A DNA stretch of 64,000 bases, taken from the NCBI RefSeq assembly GCF_009914755.1, contig NC_060928.1; one strand, 5' to 3'. Of the stretch, positions 53,370 through 64,000 are shown in pieces; the first letter of the stretch is position 1; each line of letters begins with the position of its first letter. Source of the DNA: the human T2T-CHM13v2.0 reference genome, Homo sapiens. The translations under genes and the position numbers were made by a program. The notes below the pieces were generated by a model. It was not told where the DNA came from and searched no databases. It saw nothing but the letters and a program-made list of their open reading frames with translations.

Positions 53370-54380
53370 CTGGCCAAGATGAAAGAGTTTTTGGGATCTA
53401 ACTTGTGATCTCATCATAAGTAACTAGAAAAGTGGATGAAAATCAATGGTTTTCATACATTGATAATAAGAGCACAGGTCTCTAATCCCTGACAAAAAGA
53501 AAATTTAAAAAGAGAGTGAGAGAGACAGAGAGAGAAATAAAGAGATAGAGAGAGAGCTGGGAGTTTCCCCTAGCTTCTGCTTGCAGGCATTTTCTGGAAT
53601 GATGTAAAGCCCAACTAGAGATCCCATAACCAGTAGTAAAGAATGTTCAGACTAGCTAAAAGATGTACAATTGTAGACCATGAAAGAGATTTTTAAAAAG
53701 CATAACAAGTGAAAAGCAATGACCACACTAAGGCCTATTTTAATCTCATTGCAGAAAGTTAGTAATAAAGAAAAAAAATTGAAATGTAGATAAAACATAT
53801 AGATATAAATAAAACAGTTATAAAATGTACTACTGAATTATTTTCAAACATATGAAGATAATAGGCAATGAAACAGTAACTTTATATAAAGTTCTAAAAA
53901 TAAAAAAATGTAAACACACATCCACATCAAAATTTGTAGTTGAATATCCAGAGAAGATTTACTTTTAAGCTGTTAATCACAATAAACTGCAAATAACTCA
54001 AAATTCCATTCATCAGTAAATGAATAAATGAATTGTGGTATATCCATACAATGAGCTAATACTCTAATAAAAAGTAGTAAATTATTGCAACATGCCAACC
54101 CATCGATTTATCTCTAAAACAGTAAGATGTTCAAAAGGAAATGGGCACAAAAGTGTTCACACCATAATATTTCATTTCTATGAAAATCTAGAAAAGATGA
54201 AATTAGTTTACAGTGACAGATATAGCATCAGTGATAACCTTGGTCTGGGCATTAACAGCAAAGGGCAATAGAGAAACTTTCCGAGTGACGGAAACAGCCT
54301 GTATCTTCATGCCAGTTACATAGGAATGTGTATTTGTGGAAACTCATCAAACTCATGAATTTTACTTCAATAAATTCAAG
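53370..54380 (+). mobile_element. Ancient L1M fragments (5' part and 3' end)
   Basis: TTCTGGCCAAGATGAA..., AAATGAATAAATGAATTGTGGTATATCCATACAATG, GAAACTCATCAAACT..TTTTACTTCAATAAA. Confidence 0.65.
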
Positions 54381-54473
54381 TAAAAATCTGTAGTAAGAAA
54401 AGTGAACATTAAGAGCAAGTATTTTGGGGTCAAGTAACACAATGGAATGTTCCTAGTGCAAAAGTGGGGTCCT

Positions 54474-54789
54474 GGCTGGGAGCGGTGGCTTACTCCTGTA
54501 ATCCCAGCACCTTGGGAGGCTGAGATGGGCAGATTGCTTGAGCTCAGGAGTTCGAGACCAGCCTGGGCAATATAGTGAGATGCTGACTCTACACAAAATA
54601 CAAAAGAAAAAAAAATCCAGGCATTGTGGCATGTGCCTATACTCCCAGCTACATGGGAGGCTGAGGCAGGAGGATGCCTGAGCCCAGGAGGCAGAGGTTG
54701 CAGTGAGCTGGGATGGTGCCACTGCATTCCAGCCTGGGCACAAGGTGAGACCTTGTCTCAAAAAAAAAATCCAAAAAACAAAAAAACAA
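54474..54789 (+). mobile_element. Alu SINE (AluJ-like)
   Basis: GGCTGGGAGCGGTGGCTTACTCCTGTAATCCCAGCAC...GAGACCTTGTCTCAAAAAAAAA. Confidence 0.95.
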
Positions 54790-55419
54790 GATAGCTACTG
54801 TAACTAATCTGTTGACTTTGCTGTTACTGATGAGAACTGGTGGCCTAGAAAATGCTATTTAATATTAATTTGATGTATTTTATTCCCATTTATTATTCAT
54901 GCTATTAATCAAGAGTAAAGCTTGTTGAATTTGTAAGTAATTCTCATAACCTTACAAAAAACTAATTTATGATATTCTAATTTGAGTGATAAAGTCTTAA
55001 CTATTGTCATTAATTATATGAGTATTCACATATTCTCTTGTTCTGAGTTTTTGTTGTTGTTGAACAAATCAATCCATTTCTGTTTAATTTTGTTTGGTCT
55101 GTTTGCTTCCTATGCTTTCCCAAGAAGTAGTACCTGCTAGCATTGCATCAGTTTCAATTCTTTTTCATCCACCCATTTAGCCTGCTTTAACTTGAGAACT
55201 TCAAAAACCTCCTGGCACTTAACAACTTTACCCAAATCCCTGCACTTACAGACCTGACCAAATTCTAGCATGGCTTCTAACAGCTTAAGGCCTTGACCCT
55301 AGGAGGCCAGCCTTCCTTAAAATGACTGTCTGAGAAAACTCAAGACTGTCAAAAGAATTTACTGTTTAATTCAGCCAACATTTCCCTTTCCTAGAGAATT
55401 TACTTAAAGGAAAGGTTAA

Positions 55420-55727
<308 letters not shown>

Positions 55728-55901
55728 AAAATTATAAATCTTTTCTCTGTCCCTTGGAGTTATATAAGTATGTATCTCCTAATGCTCAGGAGTGTCTCTA
55801 TCAATGGCCTGACCTGAAAGCCATTTTTTGAAATGTAATCATCATGAAGAATAAGGATTCTCTTTATTAGTATCAATGGAAAAACAGAATCCTAATTTTG
55901 A

Positions 55902-56232
<331 letters not shown>

Positions 56233-59200
56233 CTACATAGCTGGCATAATCGCATTTACACTACCCAATTCTTTATAATTTTTCACTTCTCTGCCTCTGG
56301 CTCATTTCCTCTTGCTACTCCCTCATTATCTGCTTACAACGTCCCATAATCTCTGCACAAATCAGAATAGAGTTCTACTCTTTTTCCTACATTGTTATTC
56401 ACTAGTAACTGAGTAAAATCTGGTGTCATCACTTTGGCTAATGTCCAGCTTTTTTTATCTTTGAAAAACTCAGATTGTTGATTCAACAATAAATTAAACA
56501 TGCAAACAATTCATCAAAATGGACAAATAAGTCTAACATAAGTTCCAATTTTTTTCATTTCTAATCTTAAATTGTATCTAGCATGATGAATAATTTACTC
56601 AAATTAGTGAATAAAATCAAATAAATCATTTTTAATGAAGGTGATGACTTTCAAAATCCCCTTTTTTGACAATCCATTTTATTAAATAAATTGTTATTGA
56701 ACATTAAAAAATTATGAGTTAACAGGAACAATATGTTTTTTTTCTAATTGTAAGCATTTAGAATATTTTTTGACATTAAACCATTCCTAATTCTCGAGCA
56801 TCTAGTGAAGGCAAGCATGGCTGCAATTAATAGGGGAAAAGAAAATAAGTCAGGCACTTCTGATAATTACATAAATAGCAATGCATTGTCAATTATTTTG
56901 AAAGCACATTGTTTCAAATTACATTACTATTCTTTGAAATTGACTCATATATAAATAGTTTGCTTCATATTATTTAAGAAATATTAATTAAAAATAGAAA
57001 TAGAATAAATGTAGCTGCATTTACAAATTTTGATAAATGATTACTCAGAAATTTTTAGATCTACTAAAAATTATCCAAATGTTTCAAAACAGAAATTACT
57101 AACTAGAATTTTCCTTTGTACTATTTTTATAATTCATTCTAAATCTCAGCACTGTCCTACATTTATTGGCTTTTAAATATCCTCATTTTTGCATATATGT
57201 TATTTAAAATAAGTTTAATAGAGTTAGTTTATTGATTTAGAGACTTTGCAGTAAATAGCAATCTAGATTTTTATTTTAAATCTAAGTGACAGCACCTTTC
57301 ACATTCATGACTGAAGATGTGAATGGGTAGGTAGATAGATTGATATTGTGTATTATGGATACCAAGCAATTATTACCAGAGAAAAATAACGTGACTGTAC
57401 TGATTAAAATAAAACATTTCTGCAAGATAGAAATTATAATTACTTTGCTGAACTTAAGCTGCACTTTATACTCTGAATAAATTAGGCCATTATTATTCTA
57501 TGTTCAAATTCCTAAGGGTACCTTGCCTTTGGTTTGTACCTATTTAATTCAGATCAGTTATTAGTGAACACCTTTGGTTAATGTCATGATATTTCCATTA
57601 TGCAATTCAAACTCTCCTGAAAGAAGGGTGTCAAGTTGCTACCCTTCAGTGAAGGTGCATTCCATTAAAGACTGAATTTAGAACTTCTTTAGAACATGTT
57701 TCAACAGCAGAAGGTATTAAGAAACACTGTATAAAGGTACAATTGATTCACAGAAACTCTTTCTTGCTAACATGTGCTATTTTTGTACATTTATCTCTTC
57801 CAATAAAGCCTTTCATAATTTTTCTTTTTTTCATTTCAATTGTCCTGTTCCAATCCATATTTTGCACTCTCTGATTCAGTATATTTACCTGCCACATTTT
57901 TATTATTTTTCCAATGTTAACCCCATAAAGAAAAGCTATTTCAGTTGACTGGAGCTCACAGTATTCATTATAGCCAATCAATTGTGTAAGTAGTGGTAAT
58001 GAATAATCAGAATATTTGAAAAATTATCAAAATAGAAAAGAGTAATAAATATAAATGAGACAGGACTAATCATTTTATGAATATTACCAGTATAATATTG
58101 CTCTTGATTTCATAGGAAATGAAAATTACAAAACATTTATCAATTTGGTTTATCCAGAATACAAATGTCAGATAATTTGGAGTGTTCTTGTGGGTATAGA
58201 ATATAGAAAATACGCAGCAAAAATAGTCTATATAAATTTTCAATAATAAATTTAAAGTGTTTGTAGGTGTAAGGATTTTTGGTCTCAAATGTTTCAGAAA
58301 TCAGAGTTAGAAGCTTGCAAACATTGATGTGCTTGAGAGTTTATTTTTTCTTGGTTTACTAAACTTGTGTGCAAGAATCTCACTGAGAGCAAAAGTATTA
58401 TTATTCATTAGTTCATTTTGTTGACCTTGAGATGTCATCATCATGTGTAGAGAGAGCAATATTGTAGGCTAATAAAAAAAGGTAAAGTAAGTATAATGTA
58501 TAAGTAAGAAGAAATGCTAGGAAAAATGTTCTTTTCTGGAGGGTGAGGGAAAAGATTAGATTATAGTTTGCAGAATCAAGGGCACATAGGAATGACATGC
58601 AATGATCATGATTTATGAATGTATTTTGAAAGGTAGAAAATCAATAGATATTTTAAAAGTTCTGTTTTGTTCAGTTTAATTTGAACTGCTCTCTCTCCTC
58701 TCACATCACATTGGCTTAAATATGGTAGTGATTAAAAATACACATACACACATATACATAATATTAGCACCATTTTTCTAATTAAGTAGTTATGCATGCA
58801 TTTAACATCCAGGATTAAATATTTTTTAAAAATTTCTAGATTCTTACATGTAGAGTTTTGAAATTTGGATACATTAATGGAATGTTTGGTTCAGGAAATT
58901 TATTTAAGAGTTTAAATGATGAATCATTGGTTTACCTAAGAAATTTACTAGATTGCTAGGCAGAATACCTCCTTAATTCCCACTTTTTATGTCTACTTAA
59001 GCCTGTAATTTTGTTTAGAATTTGGCAAAAAAAAAATTTAGTGATATAATTAGTTGCTCATAAATTATCTATCAACCCCAAATGCATAACCAGGGGTGCT
59101 CAGAGTTTTTATGATAATTATACTCATTTTGATCATACATCAAAATATACATTCATTTTGATCAAGTAAAACTAAAAAGGAGTGAGGCAGGTGGTGAACA

Positions 59201-60179
59201 CCATGCGCATTTATGCCCAGTCGTGTTTGCTGAGGACACAGGATAAGATACTACATGATCTTTTAAATTTTTTTTATTCTAAATTTTCAATTCCACTGTA
59301 AGAAATGAAATAAGGTTGTTTTGACTTTGGTAATTTTTGTGGTATAAAAAAGGAAGTCAGTTATTGGGAGTTAAATATATTGAAGCATATATTTTATGTA
59401 AGAAAAGAAAAATGCTGCTAAAAATCTCTAGTCTCAAATGTAAATGAATAAAGCAAATGATTGAATAATTGATCAATAGATAGAGTGGACAAGAAATGTG
59501 ATAGGATGTTTTCAGTTTGAGCTTTAGGCAATAATTTCCATTGTAATCCATTGAATTTTGCAGTTGTGATCCACATCATTTGAGTTGTTGACATTATTGA
59601 ACTTATCCAAACAAAATATATGACATAAATTATAATGTTTTCCTAAATTGTATCAATATGGCAAAAAAGCTAAGCAGATTATATGACTGTGTTTGTATGT
59701 TGTGTGATAGTATGAGTACTAAAATTGTATCTTTTGTAAAATTTGTTTAGAACTTATGATTTATTTTTCATTATCTCTTTTAAGGTACTTTTATTATTAA
59801 ATCAAGCATGTCATATATGTTAGTGAGCTGTAATTGTGATACTGCTTAGCCATCATAGTATAGGTTTCAAATTGAGTCTGCAAAGCTTATTGGCATGATG
59901 AGTTTAACATTATTTTAACTCTCAGAATCTATACATTTATAGACTGAATGTAACTTTTTATATTTCCAAACTGACAAGAATATTTAGTTTTCTAAAGTAA
60001 CTATTTTTCATATTTTCTCATAAATACAAAAGCATATTTTTATATTTATCAAAAATGCTTTTTATTTGACAATACAAAATCCATGTAAAAATGATTACTT
60101 AACAAGATAGAAATTATCTGTTAATAACCTATTTTTATAATTAAGAAACTTTTATTTCTTCTATTCAGCATGCAAAAAA

Positions 60180-60459
60180 GGCCAGGTGTGGTGGCTCATG
60201 CCTGTAATCCCAGTACTTTGAGAATTCAAGGCAGAAAAATCACTTGAGCCCAGGAGTTTGAAACCAGCCTGGTCAACATAGCCAGACCTTATTTAAAAAA
60301 ATTAGCTGGGCATAGTAACATGCACCTGTAGTCCTAGATACTTGAAAGGCTGAGGTGGGAGGATCCCTTGAGCCCAAGAGTTCAAGACTTCATTGAGCTA
60401 TGATTGTGCCACTGCACTATAGTGACTAGGAGAGAGAGTAAGACTCAGCCTCTAAAAAA
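60180..60459 (+). mobile_element. Alu SINE (AluJ-like)
   Basis: GGCCAGGTGTGGTGGCTCATGCCTGTAATCCCAG...GAGCTATGATTGTGCCACTGCAC. Confidence 0.92.
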
Positions 60460-62436
60460 CTTGCTATGATTAATTTTCTCATTAGACACATACTTTTATA
60501 GTCTATAATGTAGATAGAAAAATAGATGTAGATATGTAGATATAAATATAAATATATAGATAGCCAATGAGATACACATTAAAGAAATTACTAACATTGG
60601 CTCAAATATAAAGAAGGCTTAAAATTTAAATAAATGTGAAGTGCTGTTAAAATGAATATACTTGTATGCATAAAAAGCAATAAACTAGGAAAAAAAGTCT
60701 TGTTATATTTTTCCTTCTCTCCCACAATGTATGAAGCCAATAATGTATCATTTAGTTGAACAGACATAAAAAATAATTGTTTCTGAAGTAATAGAAGAAA
60801 AGAAGTGATGAAGTAAACCATGTCATTCATTTTGCAAGATAAAAATGGCATCATGTAGTTTATAAAATGCCATATGTCACATAATATATCAGTATTTTAT
60901 GCTTCATAAATAAATTTAAATATCTTAATTATATTTCCATTAGTAATGAATTTTCATGAAAGTATCTTGAAATCTCTTTTCTTGTGTATTTTATCCTCCA
61001 TGCATCCATATCCAATCACGCCAATAAGTTATATCAGTTGGATCTGATCATTCAGATGTCTTTACTTCTGAAACAGAAAAAAAGCTTTAACTCAAACTTA
61101 TAAAGTTATTTCTCTGTACATTTCCAAATGTCAGTCATCCCTTTAGCAAAAACGAACACTTGAAGTATTAGCAACTATGAAATTTAGTTCAATAGATGAC
61201 GATCAGGATTGTCAAGCAGAACACTTTCTAAAATGGGAGAAGGAATTTAAAAAAAAAAGAGGGTCACTAGAAAAGGGAAGGTTAAAAAGAAAAAATTGAG
61301 ATAGAAATTGTTGCGTGTGCAGTCTTTAAATCCAATCTACTACAGAATCTATTAATGCCAATGTTATTCTTCATATGGGGCAGATGGTGAGTACAGGCTC
61401 TAAACTTATGCAAATCAGTAAACTCATGAAAATTTCTGGTTGTGTCTTTTTTTTCTTTCTAATTCAGTATTCATTAGATTTTATTCTACTGTCTTCTGAT
61501 GTGGAACATTCCAAATCATTTGTTAGCAATGAGAGTTATAACGTCCAATGAATTCTTTTTCTTTTGGTGTTAAATGTTGTTTTTTCTTTCTGAACGTTTT
61601 TATGATTTCTTGCTTCTTTTTAGAGTTCAAGATTTTTTTACCAGTATTTCTGCTCAGTCATACTGAAATGGAATAAGCCTTTAAATCTGCTAACTAAAAC
61701 TCTTTTGTTAAATAAAATTACTTCTACCATTTTAATAAATGTTTTATAAAATTATTTGCTTTCAACCAGATATTTTTATACTTCTGGATGTTCATTTGAA
61801 TTTTAGGTTTTCCTGCATTGCTCTTCAATTCTCTCATCCTTTCCTTCATTATTTTTATTTACTTATATTTTGTAATATTTATTCTATTTGATTTTACAGA
61901 ATACTAACATGGTCTTAACAGTAACTTCTATTGGTGCAATTACATACATATATATTACACTTTAAATATATGTTCTTTATTGCATAAATATTTTTCCTAA
62001 GGTTATAATTGAAATGTTCACCTCCTCCTCCACTTCTGTCTCTTTTTTCTCATTTCATTGTACAGATTGCTACCTGTCTCTTCCAAAGTTTGTTCCACTA
62101 GCAACAAGTTTTCTGCTGTTTGTTAGGTGACCTGTTAGTGTGCCTGTTAGGTGACCTTAGGCTTACTGCTATTTACTTTTTCAATATTCATGAGCCAATT
62201 TATGCTTGATGCTCAGGTACAGCTTCTGGTGTTCAAGTAGCAGAAATTTCTGTTCCATCAAGATAGCAATGAGTTCATTTGTGTATTGTTTATTACCAAG
62301 GAATATCTACTTTCCACTTTATCAACTGCCAGGTTTAGACCTCTGTTCCACCTCTCTCTATTGGGTTCCCAGAAAAACCCAAGGCCAAGCTCACACCAAT
62401 CAGGTATCACTTGCCTGCAAACAGCTGCATCTGTTG

Positions 62437-62766
<330 letters not shown>

Positions 62767-64000
62767 TCAGATGTAACAAGAAGTATGTATTCAAATAGGT
62801 GAAAGCAGCTTTCTGACAGTACCATTTTAGAACCAAGGATCTTTAGAGCACACTTTGAAAAGCAGTGTCCTCAGAAATCTAGATACACAAGATGCTGGCA
62901 CCAACTCAGGAAAGGAAATGATCTGTTAAAGGGAAGGGAAACAAAACCAAGCTAAAAAATTATAAGAGCAAAAATCAAAGTTGAAAGCTGCTGACACATT
63001 TCACCATCACTGTTGAATGCTTGGTACACAGTGGCTGATTAATGCTGGGTAATTTATAATAAATTGCAAATACAAATACTGATTGCAGGCATATTTTAGT
63101 CTTTTAGTCTCTATTTTAGTCATTTATTGTCCTTTAGTAGATTCCTCTATAAAATGTGTAATTCCTAGAGTTTACATTTTATTTAAATATATAAACTTTT
63201 CTTGACTTTACCAGTCATCTTAAAGAAAAATATTTTCACAATCATTTTATTCTGTAAGAACAACAAAGAAAATTTAATCCATAAAGAGACTTGGTTTTCA
63301 AAACTACGATGCAAAGCAAAGATAAAATGCACTATATTAGCTCTAAATTTGCCTTTTCACATACATCGTTTTTCAATGTGATTTCATTATTGATTAGCTT
63401 ACCAGAAAAACATGTCCATCATACACTCTAGAGCTTTTCAAAGAACAGTGTTGGTTCACTTTTCATTCACCTATTAGTGACCTAACAAGCAAAGAGTAAA
63501 ACCTAAGGTATTTATGTATACAAATCAAACATCTCTTTAATTTAGTGCAAAGATATCTTTTCAAGGTCTGAAAAATCTACCTATCTGAACTAGTATATGC
63601 ATTCAGCTTACTAATAACCTATTTGATGACAAAAATGGTGTGAAATATTTCATTTTCCTATTTAATGATATTGGAATAATAATGTTATATTTGTATGGAT
63701 AAATTTCAGTCAGTGAATCAACATATTTTCACAAGAAATTTTTCTAAAAATATCTTTTGAACTAAATTTGCCCTATTTGATGAAAAATGTATTGAATGTC
63801 TACATTCCCTTAAATAGACCTTTTTTGAATAATTCAGTAACACTAAAAAGTCAAAGCAAATAAACTGATGAGGATTCAGAGCAACTGCTTTGTCAGGTTG
63901 TCTTGAGTGTTCAGATATAGTGTAGTCCTTTCTGTTCTTAGTACTAAATATATGTTCATTGTTTTTATTAGTTTAATAATATAACATTGAATGTATTCTT

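Noticed and set aside
56470-60170. Repeat-poor AT-rich stretch searched for exons or RNA genes (also 10330-14680 and 50740-53000)
   Set aside because: No convincing splice-flanked ORF, tRNA/snRNA fold or CpG island by eye; small exons or conserved non-coding elements cannot be excluded without alignment

Overview
AT-rich primate genomic DNA, human-like judging by AluJ/S/Y, L1PA and HERV LTRs. I found no cellular coding exon, RNA gene, CpG island or CRISPR array, and the window reads as intergenic or deep-intronic sequence dominated by transposon relics. Recognisable items: about 19 Alus; several L1 fragments, one keeping a 355-aa ORF2 C-terminus; solo ERV LTRs (LTR2B-, LTR10F-, MER57- and MER67-like); MaLR LTRs; DNA-transposon relics; and a truncated HERV-S (LTR18) provirus with LTR, Ser PBS, gag and protease DTG. 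The least obvious structure is a heavily decayed class III (ERV-L/S-like) provirus at about 20.6-24.3 kb on the + strand. Its RT-thumb, RNase H, integrase, gamma-type env TM (ISD + CX6CC), PPT and 3' LTR remnants can still be read in the correct order. Also notable: two L1 fragments 13 kb apart share the same frameshift, a 48-nt double-hairpin + A-tail insertion, and several templated or duplicated micro-rearrangements. Repeat family names come from recalled consensus sequences, not from a database search. I see no evidence of an intact, functional novel system.
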